In this document: positions 25,940 through 39,927 of the stretch, in pieces
Position numbering within the stretch: position 1 is the stretch's first letter
Layout: each line of letters begins with the position of its first letter
NCBI RefSeq assembly: GCF_004010195.1
Contig: NC_057719.1
Span: forward strand, 23,006,618 to 23,070,617
DNA length: 64,000 nucleotides
DNA from: Chiloscyllium plagiosum
Taxonomy: Eukaryota
Reading direction: 5' to 3'
Notes under the pieces: model-generated
Database searches by the model: none
Told to the model about the DNA's origin: nothing
Seen by the model: the letters and a program-made list of their open reading frames with translations, nothing else
Made by a program: the position numbers and the translations under genes

Positions 25940-26505
25940 AATGGCTTATTTTCACATGTATTTTACAGTAAGAGTGCAATAAAATGCAGTAAAAAGTTTT
26001 AATTTGTCAACATGATTCGGCACCATTTCGGATAACTTACAAATAAGGAAAATGAAAGAAAGGTATAGCTTAAACAGTCCATCGGTCCTAAGTCAGCTAA
26101 TCGCTGTCAATAATGTCTGCACTGCTTTCGACCGTTTTCACCCCTGTCAACACCAAATCCAGCCAAGCACTACCATCACTACCTCAGGTGCTATCTTTCA
26201 CCACTGAGCTAATCATTCTCCGCCCCAGCCTTGCTGATACCTGTATTGGACCAACTAGTTCTGGAGTTGCATTTCTGGACTGGGCCCACCTTGTCAAAGT
26301 CACTGTAATGCCCTTCTGCTACTTCGCTGCTGCCAGTGCCAGACTTAATCAGTCACCGATCCTCCGACACTACTGGGATGTGTCTCACTACTGGGGCTAT
26401 CTCGCTGACATCACCTTCACCAATGTAGCAGCTGCCAACTCCGTAGGGCCCCGGTCTCCTCCACACTGGGCTTAATCAAGATCCAAGCTGAGCTCACTCT
26501 CCTCT
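25940..26505 (-). mobile_element. Non-autonomous LINE-tailed element (related to 40958-41695 and 53666-54390)
   Basis: Minus-strand aaatggtgccgaatcatgttgac...aaactttttactgc...acatgtgaaaataa tail and a GC-rich body. Confidence 0.5.
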
Positions 26506-26509
26506 ATGC

Positions 26510-26830
26510 TGGGCGTCATGATGGCTCAGTGGTTAGCACTGCTGCCTCACACTGCTAGGGACCCAGGTTCGATTCCAGCCTTGGGCGATTGTCTGTGTGG
26601 AGTTTGCACATTCTCCTTGTGTCTGCGTGGATTTCCTCCAGATACTTCGGTTTCCTCCCACAATCCAAAAATATGCAGGTCAGGTGAATTGGCCATGCTA
26701 AATTTCCCATAAGGTATTAGGTGCATTAGTCAGAGGGAAATGGGTCTGGATGGGTTATTCTTTGGAGGGTCGGTGTGGCCTTGTTGGGCCGAAGGGTCTG
26801 TTTCCGCATTTAAGAAATCTAATAAATCTA
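26510..26830 (+). mobile_element. HE1-type SINE
   Basis: tggctcagtggttagcac A box, ggttcgattcc B box, aatct tail. Confidence 0.92.
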
Positions 26831-27959
26831 CGCTAGACCCACTCAAGGTCTGCATTGAGCTCACTCAAAATCCGCACGCTGTCACTCCCTTTACATTGGC
26901 AAGCCTGCTGGATGGGAGCCAGTTTCTCAAAAGTTAAAAGCAAGCCAGTAAGAAAATATCTATTCACAGATATTGACTATAACCACACCTCCATCCTCAA
27001 CCGAGCACTCAGCACAAATAAATTCTATATTATGTCCATTTAATATAGAATTACTCCAGATTGTGAATTACTCCAGTCATCAATTTTAGTGATTTCAGTT
27101 GTCAACAAATTAAAGTAATAATTTTGAATTACTAAATGTAACGCTTCTGAAATAACCACATTACAGCGTCAATAGAATTAACTGATGATTTCCACTGAAC
27201 CATGTGACTTGTGATTTTTAAGGGTGTGGCTGGCATCTGCCATCTGACTAAAGTTAGTTGCAAAGAGTGCCTTTGCTATACTCCAACATAGACACATATA
27301 GTGAGTGTGGCATGCATGCAGGATCGAAGCAGATCAGTTTACACAACAGTGGTTATGTTGACACATACATCACAGTGACACAAGAGCTAGATGCTGACCA
27401 GGATAGAATTAACAAAAGGTGCCAGGGCATTAATCAGGATTACAGAGGCAGAAACATTTGAGCTGATATAGACTGTGTCGTCACTCACAAGGATAGAATG
27501 TTCAGCTAACATAATGATCAGCCTTAGCTCATGCAGAACTGCTTCAACTGAAGGGTATGTAAGACCCTTGCATCCAAATTGATTCATTTGCAAAATGATC
27601 CAAACAGCAATAATTTTGCATATGATACAGAAATTAAACTGGCAATATTAGGAGTAAAGTTTGTCACCAGGAATTACCAACAAAAAATTCCAATCTTGTG
27701 AGCATTAATAGTGAATTCTGTATAGTTCTATCTCTCACAGTTACTTTTATGAATTTAAATTCTGTTAGTGCTGAAGATACTTATTGCCATTCTGATGATG
27801 GGTTTGGTTTTGATATAGTTCTGCAGCCTGAAGTAGAATTTGTTTCCTGATTGTGCTTCAGTCCAATAGAATTATATGTTGCTTGATTAGCAATCCAGAG
27901 GCCCAGGCTAATGCTCTAGAGATGTGAGCTTAACTCTCTCCATTGGAGCTGATATGAGT

Positions 27960-28735
27960 TTCTTTTTTGTTCATGCCTGGATGTAGACATAACTGGCTGG
28001 GCCAGCATTTATCAAGGTAAGCTTCTTTCTTGAACAACTGCCATCTATGTGGTTTACACAGACCATACAATAGCATTAGGGAAGGAACTGCGGGATTTTG
28101 ACCCAATGATAGTGAAAGGAATATGCATTTATTTCAAGTCGGGATGGTGAATGGCTGATCAGGCAAACTTGAGATGGCTGCCCTTGTCCTTTTAGATGGA
28201 AGTGGTTGCACTCTTAGAAGGTGCGGTCTTGACAACTTTGGTGGATTTATGCAATGGATCTTGTGAATAGTACACACTGATGCTACTGAGTGCTGGTGGC
28301 GGAGGGAGTGGATGCCTGTGGATGTAGTGGACTGCTTTGTCCTGGATGGTCAAGATTAGAGTGGTGCTGGAAAAGCACAGCAGGTCAGGCAGCACACGAG
28401 GAGCAGGAAAATCGACATTTCAGGCAAAAGCTCTTCATCAGGAATGGCATTTGCCTGAAATGTCGATTTTCCTGCTCCTCGGATACTGCCTGACCTGCTG
28501 TGCTTTTCCAGCACCACTCTAATCTTGACTCTGATCTCCAGCATCTGCAGTCCTCACTTTCACCTTATCCTGGATGGTGACAAGCTTTTTTAATGTTGTT
28601 GGATTTGCACTCATCCAGGCAACTGGTCACACTCTTGACTTGTGCCTTGCAGATGATGGAGAGGCTCTGGGGAATCAGGAGGGGAATTGATTGTTGTAGC
28701 ATTCCTAGTCTCTAACCTGCTCTTGTAGCTACTAT
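27960..28735 (-). mobile_element. L2/CR1-like LINE 3' fragment, interrupted by a hairpin insertion
   Basis: Reverse complement of the 12340-13085 family (cttgacttgtgccttgcagatg). Confidence 0.78.
28351..28567. mobile_element. Penelope-like terminal fold-back insertion (family A, copy 3)
   Basis: ~80 bp inverted arms. 11-bp TSD tcctggatggt at 28340-28350 and 28568-28578. Minus-strand CTGATGA-A-GAGC-TTTT-GCCT-GAAA-TGTC at 28441-28414. Confidence 0.88.
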
Positions 28736-29087
28736 TGGGGAGTTGGAATAACAAACAGTGAGCTGGAATCACCATATAACTGTAGCAACGTTTATGTCTA
28801 CGATTACTACTGTCTACTCGGCAGGTGTTGGAGAATGGGAAACCTCATATCAATGAGCTTGAGTTTGCTTTTTAATGAGGCTGTTAATGCATGCTAATGC
28901 ATGCAAATAGGCCCCTCACTGCTCACTAGAGAGAACCTCATGTTGCCATTCAATACTTAATCAGAAAATGGAACTATTTGTTCTCCCAAATCTTACTCAC
29001 CATTGCCCATGTTGTTCAGGGGCTGGAGAGATTCTGCACATTGGATTGAACACTGTGAGGGAGATCTAGATGATGGGGCCATCTTGG

Positions 29088-29410
29088 GAGATGGCATGGT
29101 GGCTCAGTGATTAGCATTGCTGCCTCACAGCACTAGGGACCTGGGTTCAATTCCAATCTCGGGCAACTCTGGAGTTTGCACATTCTCCCTGTGTCTCCAT
29201 GGGTTTCCTCCCACTGTCCAAAGATGTGCACGTTAGGGCCATGCTAGATTGCCCATAGCGTTCAGAGATGTATACGTTAAGTGCATTAATCAGGAGTAAA
29301 ATGTAAACTAATAGGGGAGGGAAATAGATCTGGGTGGGTTACTCTTCGCAGAGTCAGTGTGGGCTTTTTGGGCCAAACAGCCTGTTTCCACACTGGAGAG
29401 ATTCTATGGT
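29088..29410 (+). mobile_element. HE1-type SINE
   Basis: ggcatggtggctcagtga A box, gggttcaattcc B box, 3' end cctgtttccacactg. Confidence 0.9.
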
Positions 29411-29683
29411 CTTGTTTGTAATCCGGAACTGTTCTCCACTCAAGTTCATTAGATTTCATCACATTTGGTGGTGCATAATTCATACTTCAGCATTGACTCT
29501 TTCAGAGCTAACACCTACCATGGGATAGGAGGAGGTTGGGGAATGTTCTTGTTCAGAAACTAAATTACTCATCTTGATATTTTTATTTCATCTTTAACAA
29601 ATTTGAATAGAAATGCTAATTATTTCAGTTTTCTCAACAAAATGAGTCTTATAACCTCATGTATAGACAGTGAGCCAGTTGTG

Positions 29684-29874
29684 GATTAGTGGTGCTGGAA
29701 GAGCACAGCAGTTCAGGCAGCATCCAAGGAGCTTCGAAATCGACGTTTCAGGCAAAAGCCCTTCCCGAAACGTCGATTTCGAAGCTCCTTGGATGCTGCC
29801 TGAACTGCTGTGCTCTTCCAGCACCACTAATCCAGAATCTGGTTTCCAGCATCTGCAGTCATTGTTTTTACCTT
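29684..29874. mobile_element. Penelope-like terminal fold-back insertion (family A, copy 4)
   Basis: ~68 bp inverted arms. TSD agtgagccagttgtg (29669-29683) / agtaagccagttgtg (29875-29889). Confidence 0.88.
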
Positions 29875-30937
29875 AGTAAGCCAGTTGTGACTAGTATTCA
29901 TTTACCACCCACCCCCCATAGTGGCCATGTAGCTACTTCCTTAGTTAGGCACTGGATCAGGAATCTATTTGTTTAATTGACTAAAACCCTCTGGCTTCTT
30001 TGTATTTCTAATGATTTAATTAAACTTTGAGATGCCTGATTTTTCTGTGCAACAGAAAGATATGTAAGTGTACGTGATGCTCTTATCAGTTTAATGCTCA
30101 TCAACTGACTGTGGACACAATGCTGATTAAAGTGCCCATCAGGTAGTGTATTGAAAGACTGAATCATTGCTGATAGGGTAGGAATCAGTCTCATGTGGAT
30201 TCTGAGCTTAGGCTAACACTGAGGCAGATGAACTCTCTGCCCAGAAGCTTTTTTCAAATGTGGGGCCTGGATAAAACTTATTGTAATTCAGAAAAGTTGC
30301 ATATAATGGCTTTAGTTTAATTTCAGTGAAATACATTTTGATATGATGGGTTTTATTATTCCTGCAGTATTGCAAAAAAAAACTGTGGGCAATTCACTTC
30401 ATAAAGTGTATAACATATTTTATGTTATAATGTGTATATGGTGGAGGGAAGGGTCTTCAGTATTGTTTGGAGGACATGGGGTTTCTCGGTTTTCCTAATG
30501 CCCAGAGTCTCAAGAAATCTCAATTATTCAGAAAGAAATATTGAGATAAAACTGGGGAGGGAAAAATGTTAGCCAGGATACCAGGTGAATTCTGTCACTC
30601 AGCTGATATTATAACATAGGGCAATTTTGCATCTGCTTGAAAATTTAGTGGCAAGTCTGGTTGGTTTAAACATTCATTCAAACAATTTGTATTTCCAACA
30701 ATGATCCCTCAGTTCTGAACTGGAGTGTCAATTTAGCTGATGCTCTCAAAAGTGGAAGCTGAATTCATGTGGATATGTTTCTGGAGGTGGCAAGGATCTC
30801 AATGCTGGATGGGAAGCTGGTGACAGTCTTGTACTGCTTCTATTCTGGGATACCCCACTCTATTATGGGTCAGTCCGGCTGTTGAGAGGTCACCAATGCT
30901 GGAACTACATGCATCTCATTACCTAAAACCTCCCCCA

Positions 30938-32890
30938 TAATAACATAAGGTAAAGGAACAGAATTAGGCATTAGCCCATCAAGTCTGCTCTGCCATTCAA
31001 TCATGGTCGATATCATTCTCAAACCCATTCTCCTGCCTTCTCCTCATAATCCTTGATCCTCTTATCCATCAGGAACCAGTCTATATCTGTCTTAAATACA
31101 GTCAATGATCCAGCTCCCACAGCCTTCTGCAGCAATGAATTCCATAGATTCATTATCCTCAAGCTGAAGAAACTTTTCCTTATCTCCCTTCTAAAAGATT
31201 GTCCCTTCACTCTGACACTGTGACCTTGGGTCCTATTCTCTCTACTAGTGCAAACATCCTCTGTATTTCCTCTCTTTCCAGGCCTCTCCGTATTCTGTGA
31301 ATCTCTCTCATTATTTCAAACTCCATCGAGTAGATCCCGGAGTCCTTAATCGCTGCTCATATGATAAGTTCTTCATTCCCAAAGAGTCATTCTTTGAGTC
31401 TCCTCCAAGGCCAGCACATCCTTCCTTAGATATGGAACCCGAAACTGCTCACAATGTTCCAAATGCTGTCTGACAATACAGCCTCAGCAGTACATTTCTG
31501 CCCTTGTATTGTAGACCTCTTGAAATGCATATGAACATTGCATTTGGCTTCTTAAGCACAAACTGAATGTCCATGTTAACTTTAAGAGAATCCTAAACTA
31601 GCCTTTCCCCATTTAGAAAATACTTTACATCTCTATTCCTCCTACCAAAATACATAACCTCACACTTTCCCACATTGCGTTTTATCTGTCATTTCTTTGC
31701 TCACTCTCCTAGCCTGTCGAAGTCATTCTGCAGCCTCCCCACCTCCTCAACACAACCTGTCCCTCCACCTATCTTTGTGTCATCTACAAATGTAGCAACA
31801 TTGCCCTCAGCTCCTTCATCCACATCATTAATGTATAATGTGAATAGTTCTGGTCCCAACAGCAACACCTGTAGAATTCCATTAGTGACCAGTAGCCAAC
31901 CTGAAAAAGATTCTTTTATCATCACTCTTAGGGGATTGGCTGACTGGCAGAAGACTATCAATGCCAATACCTTGCCCAAGTTCATTGGCTCTTATCTTAT
32001 TTATAGCTTCCTGTGTGGTAGCTTCTGAATGCCTTCTGGAAATCCCAATAGATCATGTCAACTTGCTTGTTACCTCCTCAAAGAATTCCCTTGTCAAAGT
32101 TGTGCTGACTCAATCCAATTTTACCAAGCCTTCCCTTGTCAAAGTTGTGCTGACTCGATCCAATTTTACCAAGTACTTTGCACTGTCATCCTTAACAATG
32201 GACTCTAATACCTTAGATTAGATTAGATTACATTACATTACATTACAGTGTGGAAACAGGCCCTTCGGCCCAACAAGTCCACACCGACCTGCCGAAGCGA
32301 AACCCACCCATACCCCTACATTTACCCCTTACCTAACACTACGGGCAATTTAGTATAGCCAATTCACCTGGCCCTGCACATCTTTGGACTGTGGGAGGAA
32401 ACCGGAGCACCCGGAGGAAACCCACGCAGACACGGGGAGAACGTGCAAACTCCACACAGTCAGTCAGTCTCCTGAGGCGGGAATTGAACCCGGGTCTCTG
32501 GCGCTGTGAGGCAGCAGTGCTAACCACTGTGCCACCGTGCTGCCCTTACTAACAACTGACATCAGGCTAACTGACCTATAGTTTCTCATGGTCTGTCTCC
32601 CTCCCTTCTTAAATAGGGGTGTTTCATTAGCCATTTTCCAGTCCTCTGGGATCCTTCCTGACTCCAGTGGTTCCTAAAAGATCACACCATTAATGCCACC
32701 ACAATCTCCTCAATTATCACTTCAGAACTCTGGGGTGTAGTCCATCTGGTGCGGCTGATTTATCCACCTTCTAACCTTCCAGAATTCCCAGCACCTTCTC
32801 CTTAGTGATGGCCATGGCACTCACCTCTGCCCCCTGAATCCCTTGAAGTTCTAGTATGCTGCTGGTTCTACCACCATGAAGACTGATTGA
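30938..32890 (-). mobile_element. CR1-like LINE ~2 kb 3' fragment including RT core
   Basis: ORF 31701-31985 gives GILQVLLLGPELFTLYINDVDEG...TFVDDTKIGG (GVPQGSxLGP and FADD motifs). ORF 31019-31210 is the C-terminus. Confidence 0.92.
32214..32545 (-). mobile_element. HE1-type SINE, full length and young, inserted in CR1
   Basis: Near-identical reverse complement of 20103-20423 with an (AATGT)n(AATCT)n tail. Confidence 0.95.
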
Positions 32891-35800
32891 TTATTTTTCT
32901 CTGATTTCAGAGAAAGGCTTGTTGCTGCCCTCCAAACTGCCTGATCCAAGAAGGAAACAATCAGGCTTGCTTTAAAAATAGTTTGGGTTTCTCACTCCCT
33001 TCTCAATAAGCCAGTGAAACATTAATCAAAAACAGAGGAGTCTTTCCATTGTTTCCCATCATGTAAAGTTCAGAATTATGGGGACACTTGTTAAAAATAA
33101 AGCAGGATTTTTGACACACTTTGGTCATAGTATCAGTGTCTGAAAAAGAGAGGTCCATAATATTTCCTGTCTTTCGCCAACTTTTAAAAATAGTACAACA
33201 AATGAGGACCATGAAACATTGAGTTTAGTACATATCTGTCACAACCGTGGCAATAATCAGCTGTAAAATTCTGTCAACTTCCATGTAAGCCCAAGCAGTT
33301 GTAGGAAATGTGATAAATTTGCACAACAACAATTCCTGAAAACAGGTTGCATGTGGAAATTGTCCCTCAAGCATTAAGAGTTCACAGTCCAATTTTTGAC
33401 TTCATTTTTTTGCCATGTGTAATCAAATTGATTATGTCTCTCTTGGTGGAACTTATTAGATCGTTTCTGAAAATCATCGAACAAAATACCATCAACACAC
33501 CCTCAATGAATTTCACAACATTGGATTTATTTCCGAAATATTATCAAGGATATGAACAGTTTTAACAAAGCCGATCAATTTATTTCTGTTTTATGTCTTT
33601 ACCATTTGTTGCTGTGTTTATCTCCTTCTCGAGTTCCCATATTTCCATGCAAAACTTTAGCAAAATTCTTCGAATGTTTCTCTCCTCTCATGGAACATTT
33701 ACTTCTGAGATTTTTGGATGATTTTATAGAGGTATTTAAAATGCACTCCAGTTCAGACTAAAATATTATTTGCATTAATTGAGCAGAGGGATATGGCATA
33801 ACAATGTGACTTTTCTCTCAATATTTTATTCATCTTCTGATTTCTTCCTCTTGTTCATGACAAATCAGACAATTCAAATATAGGGGCTACAATAACCTTC
33901 ATGTCATAATCTGAGTGGAGTCACATTACTGCTGCAAGTTATTGTAGGACATGTTATTGTATATGTGCCTCAGCCAGAGTTACTCTGACATGGATGGATG
34001 AGAAAGCACTGGAGAGGGCACCATTGACAAGAACAATGAGGGCATTGGACAAGGATCTGCCTGACTCATCCATGCCTTTCCAAGTAGCTGTGCCACAAGA
34101 GACTTGAAGTCAGCAGAGAAAGAATCACTGCATTTTGCCAGCTGACATGGAAATGCAGCCAACTATGAAAGGCTGCTTTAACATTGAGAATAAGACTGAC
34201 AAACATGTTGAACTTTTGCACTTCTGAATCCTTCCATCTTTTGGGGATATAGCAAATGTGACTTAGTACACGGGCCATTGCATCTTCTGGGAGATCACAA
34301 ATACAGGCTGCTAACATTGCGTTACCCTTCTTCAATTCTCTAACAATCAAATAACATGTTATGGTCACTGTGGTATTATAAGTAAAATGGATTCATCCAT
34401 CTGAGCTCCAGTGTGCTATGGACCACAGTTCCTCAACAAACAAAAATCCATCAACATTAATTGAAAACCACCACAAGTTAATACACATCGGTGCATAATT
34501 TTCAAGACCCATCATCATCTAAAGAATCTTGAGTTAGAAATTCAGTTGCCACACTTTATGGTCACAGAGTTTGTAATATGTTATTTCCCTCCATACTTTC
34601 AGATTGAGTTGAGGTATGCAGGTCTAGTGCACATTTTAAACTCTAATGTGTTCTTGGATGTTCATATGACCACACAGTTAGTGGAATTTGGTGTGTTCGG
34701 TGAAGGAAATGCTGGTGAATCAAGCCTTCCCAAAGCAAAGATAATTGAAGAACCAAATTCAGGAAGCATGTGAAAAGTTGTGTGAATCTCAGTCCCTGAT
34801 ATTCTGATCATCTTTCACCTTAGAAATGTTTTCCAATCCATCTTTCAGGGAAATAGCAAAACAATCATCGGTAGGTGTTAGCTTTTCTTTTAAACCAGCT
34901 TGTCACTCCTCATTTCTGGTAAAAAGAGAGGTTTTTTTAAAAATTATTGATGTATGGTGAGCATTACTGGCAATTTATTGCCCTGCAACATGTGGGGCAA
35001 AGGATTCCCCATAATGCTGTTATGTGGGGCATTAAAGATTTTGACTCAGCGATGCTGACTAAATGGAGATATACAGCATTTCCAAATCAAGGTAGCACAT
35101 GACTTGTGGGGGAGCTTAGAGATACTGAAGTAGGAACCAAATATTGCACAAGTTCTAACATGACAAGGGCCTTGTTCATGGCTTGTCAGGGATCTCCAAA
35201 CATCACTTCACATAACTGGAAACTGTTGAGATCTGCATCAATAAATTGCCTTATCACTGTAATGCACATACTCATGCCTCCAGCAGCATAAAAGATATTC
35301 AAATTAATATTCACTTTATCAATGCTACTGTCTTTGCTGTTAATGAATACTCCTGTTTTCTTTGCATTACAATAGATATAGCGGTTTTGGAACAATGGAT
35401 ATCAAGTGACAGGGTGAATTTCACAGATCCTTGCTTTGATGATTGGGAAGGCATTTATTAATTTAGCTCATTGGCACCAATTACATCCAATCACTTCAGG
35501 AATAAACCAAGTAATCTTTTCCTTTATTAGATAACCAAAATAAAAATGCCTAAAATAAAAGGCTGAAAATAACATGTTGACCTTGCATACTGCGATCTTG
35601 GAAGCCTTCTGTTGTGCCACATCTCTTCCCCATCTTCAAAAATATCCTTAAAATAAATCATCTTACCATTTAAGAAATACTTTGGCAGTTCCTGCTTTCC
35701 GAAATTAGCTCTAAATGTGCCAAAATTCTTTTTTTTTTGTTATTCCACAGATCATCCAATGAATAATTTACAGATGCACACATTCAGAAAACACGCATGC

Positions 35801-37149
35801 TGTTTTCTGGCTGTTGAAATTTACCAGAATTCTGTTTCTAAAATTAATTCAGAAGCATGTGGCTACAAATGAATAGTTATGCCCTTGTGTGCATTTTAAT
35901 AAACCTTACAGCCTTCACAAATTACCATACATTAGTAAATTAAATGAACAGTTTCTGTGGCTGCTGTTTAAGTGACACAAATTATCCGACGACCGCACTA
36001 TATTGTCACAGAGCTTCAATCTGAGAACATGAGTGCTACCACAGGATGTCAGGCTTCAAGACAGAAACATAACCCCCAGGGAAGGATGTTCAAGCTGGTG
36101 CTTTTTCTAAAGCAAATGTACCAATAAAGGCGATGTTGAAACTCTACATTGGACTAACTTATTTTGCAGCCAGTGTTGCTAAAAGTCACAATGACATTGA
36201 CTCCTAAAGGAAGAAAAGTTACCACTGCATTTTTGTGCCTTAGGTACTTTCCAGAGCCCTATGGGGACTTATCAAACATCCGTCAAACCATTGATGTTCT
36301 CCTGTGCATCCTGGACAACTGCTTTTCTTTTCAAATTACTGTCAGGATAGGCCAGCAGCATCATCATGTCAAAGATGATTTATTTTTAATGTCATTTGTT
36401 TTCCAAGGTGTTTCATATGGAGTAAGGTGGCTGACCATTTTTATCTGTGTATGGTGCAGTATACTTAACAACAATTCAAACAATTGTTCACTTGAATAAT
36501 TAAATGCATTGCAATTTAGAGTTCGGCAATATATGTTGAAACATTTACCTTTGAAGGCTGTTGAATATGCATGGTTCAGTTTGTTTGCTGAGAATAGATT
36601 CCTCAACATTTTAGAATTGTGTTTCGGCATCTTTAATTTAAGTTAATTCATGTTGAAATGTATCAAAAGGTTTCCAGAAGTAACAGTGCACAATAATACT
36701 TTGAAATAAAAACATTGAGCTACAATGATATGACAGTACTATCATCCTCCAACATATCTGAAAAAAACAGAACCTTTTGGTTTTTCCATTAAAGAACAAG
36801 AATAAAGAGACAATGCATGTCAATCACTCATTTATAATATTGAATGCTAATTTTAGAAATCTGATCAAAATTCTAATTATGTTGGTCTAATGTTATGAGT
36901 AAAGTAAATTATCTGCCACTAAACCTGTATTCATGGTTTTTTTCCCTCCAGATTTTGTTCTGCGAGTTACAATGCTAAATACTAACAGTTTGTGTTTGGG
37001 GCAATTTGAGTCTTAACAAGCGAAGGTTCTCATCTTAAACAAGTTATGGCTTACTGCATTGTAGCAATCGAATATAAGTTAGATTAAGAACACAGATGTT
37101 AGTGCTGGGACCATGAGGTAATCTGTTATGTAAGAACGTGGGCACATAG

Positions 37150-37305
37150 TGAAATAACTGCACAGAGGCTCGTAGCCCCCATCACCAGGTTAACCTTTAT
37201 TTACACTTGGGGTGTCCTCAACACTGATCCAGGTCCCTCAGAGCCAGCTCTCAGAGTGAACAGGATGTCTGATGCTCCCATTTATAACTGTCAACCAGGG
37301 CTGAT
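37150..37305 (-). mobile_element. LTR-like 3' end
   Basis: tgaaataactgcacagaggc is the reverse complement of the end at 42465-42484 (gcctctatgcagttatttca), with an AATAAA on the same strand. Confidence 0.6.
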
Positions 37306-38556
37306 CATCTATCTGAACCTCATATTCACGCACATATCCTTTGATGTCATTAGTAACTAGAAAAATATCAATCTCAATTGTGAATTTAATTAATGATGAA
37401 GTTTCCACTTCTCTCTGGGTATGCAATTCCAAAGATTCATTACTCTGAGTGAAGGCGTTTCTCCTCAAGTCAGTCATAAATCGCTCGCTTTTTATTCTGA
37501 GATTGTTTCCTCTGGTTCCAGACTCACAGCCAGGGAAACCATCCTTTCTCTACCATCCTGTCTATCCTTTTGTAAATTTTTAGGAGATAAGGCCTTCACT
37601 CATCAAGATCCTCTGATCTTCTACTTTTGCCACATGAATTTATGTGATACTGCCAGATTGGGTGGACCGTAATGCAATCTCCAGCATTAACCTTTTCAGA
37701 ACCGTTACTTCATATAACATCTCCACCAAGCTTCCTCTTTATTTGCCCCATAGTTAACATTTATATCAGCCAGTTACATTCACCAGTATCCCATCCTCAC
37801 TAAATGTCAGATTCAAGATTTCAGACTGTCTGGAAGTTTCACATTTCTTTCAGAAAGTGTTTCTATTCAAACTTAGAGATGTAGCTCTTTGGCTCATGGA
37901 CTGTCAACTTTGATTCCGTTCTTGCATGATCTATAAAGTTTCTCTAAAACAGAGGACCCTTTCTATTATTAATGCCCTTTGCAGGGGAAGTAGTTGCTGT
38001 TAAGAAAGATAGTCAGTCCATTACCTTAAAGAAAAGTGGTCAGTCCATTATCTTATCTGGAGGACAATTAACCTACTGACTTTCTTTTACAGAGGAACTG
38101 CTGAATGCGGTAGTCACTCAAAAACAAATTGAGGCATCTCGAATTTTTTAAATTACCTCAATGAAAGGCAGCTACTGCTTTTCTTTAACTTCAGATTTCT
38201 GGTATCTGAAAGATTTTGGTTTTATTTGAAAGATGCCTCAGTTCCAGCTTTGGCAGCTACAGATATGACCAGGCATGCACATTTGTCAGAACAACAATCA
38301 GCAGATTATGAAGCTGTTTTTAAAAAAAAAGCCATACTCAATGCTTATCAATCAAAATTTAGAACTACGAGAAAGAAACCAATCAGCTGTTTGTCGGAGT
38401 TGAGGAGGAAGTTCTTCTCTCAGAGAATAGTGAATCTTTGGAATTCTGTACCCAGAGAAGGTTGGAAACTTTATAATTAAGTTCAAGATTGAAGCCATGA
38501 TTACAGCCTATTGTCAAGAATGTCATAATGATTGGTGATAAAAGAACTCCCTTTGA

Positions 38557-39510
38557 TCATAAAACCCTAAGCTATAAGAGCAGGATTAAGCCATTGGACC
38601 CATCGGGTTTATCATGCCATTTGATTACAGCTGATACGTTTCTCAACCCCACTCTGTTGCCTTCTCACTATAACCTTTGATCCCCTTACTAAGCAAGAAC
38701 CTGTTTATCTCTTTCTTAAATGCACTCAATGAATTTACCTCCACAACCGTCTGTAGCAATGAGTTGCACAGATTTGCCACCCTCTGGCTGAAGAAATTCC
38801 TCCTCACCTCAGTGTTAAAGAGTCATCACTTCATTATGAAATAGTGCTCTTCAGGTCCTAGTCTCTCCTACTAGTGGAAACATCTTTTTCACATTCACTA
38901 TATCCAGGCTTCTCAGTATTCTATAACCTTCAATGAAATCCCCCTCCTCTTTCTAAACTCCATTGAGTACAGACCCAGAGTCCTCAACTGCTCCTCACAT
39001 GACAAGCCCGTCATCCCTGGGATCTTTCTTGCAAATTTTCCCTGGACCACATCTAAGGCCAGCACATTCTTTCTTTGATTCTGATGCAAAACTGCTTGCA
39101 ATACTCCAAATGCAATCTGATCAGAGCCTTATACAGCCTCAGCAGTACATCTCTGCTCTTTTTTTCTAGCCCTCTTGAAATGAATGCTAATATTGCATTT
39201 GCCTCTCCCAACTGCCCACTGAACCTGCATGTGAACCTTAAAAGAATGTTGAACTGGGACTCTTAAGTCTGTTGCACTTTAGATTTCCAAAGCCTTTGGA
39301 AAAAGTCTATTCTTCCTCTCAAAGTACATAGCCACACACGTTCTCACATTTATTCCATCTGCCACTTCTTTGCCCACTCTCCTGGCATGCTCATATCCTT
39401 CTGCAGCCTTTCTGCTTCCTCAACATTATCTGTCCAACTACCTACCTTTGTGTCACCTGTAAGCCTAGCAGCAATGTCCTCAGCTCCTTCTTGCAGATCA
39501 TTAATGTCTA
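38557..39510 (-). mobile_element. CR1-like LINE 3' fragment
   Basis: ORF 38913-39101 (LDVVQGKFARKIPGMTGLSCEEQLRTLGLYSME); same family as 30938-32890. Confidence 0.88.
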
Positions 39511-39901
39511 ACTTTGCTCCCACCAAACGAGTCCTAATGAGAAGAGGGTCTTGTATTAAACAAGATATAATGTATTGTTGATAGCAAGCGGATACACATT
39601 ATATTTTTAAGATAGACAATACAGAGACCCTATGGATATAGGTCTTCACTTTATAAGGTTCGAAAGTGTTCTGCCCTAATCCGTACGATATGACTGATTG
39701 GGTTGAGCTTAATGCAGATTCCAATATCAACCCTTTCAGAACCATTGCATTATACACCAGAAACAGAAATTGCTGGAGAAACTTAGCAGGTCCAGAAGCA
39801 TCTGTGGGAAGTTAACATTTCAATGCTGACTCTTCATCAGAACTGTTGGTAATTCTCCTGCAAGGCAGCTTTGCTATGTTAAAGGCTCTATGAAATAGCA
39901 A

Positions 39902-39927
39902 GTTGTTGTTGTTGTTGTTGTTGTTGT
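39902..39927 (+). repeat. (GTT)n microsatellite
   Basis: Eight perfect GTT units plus a partial one. Confidence 0.95.

Noticed and set aside
28192..28544. Similar short ORFs on both strands (e.g. VVLEKHSRSGS), recurring at several loci
   Set aside because: An artefact of the palindromic PLE-derived insertions, not a peptide family.
28760..29040. Possible Harbinger-type MITE
   Set aside because: The terminal inverted repeats are too degenerate to support a call by eye.
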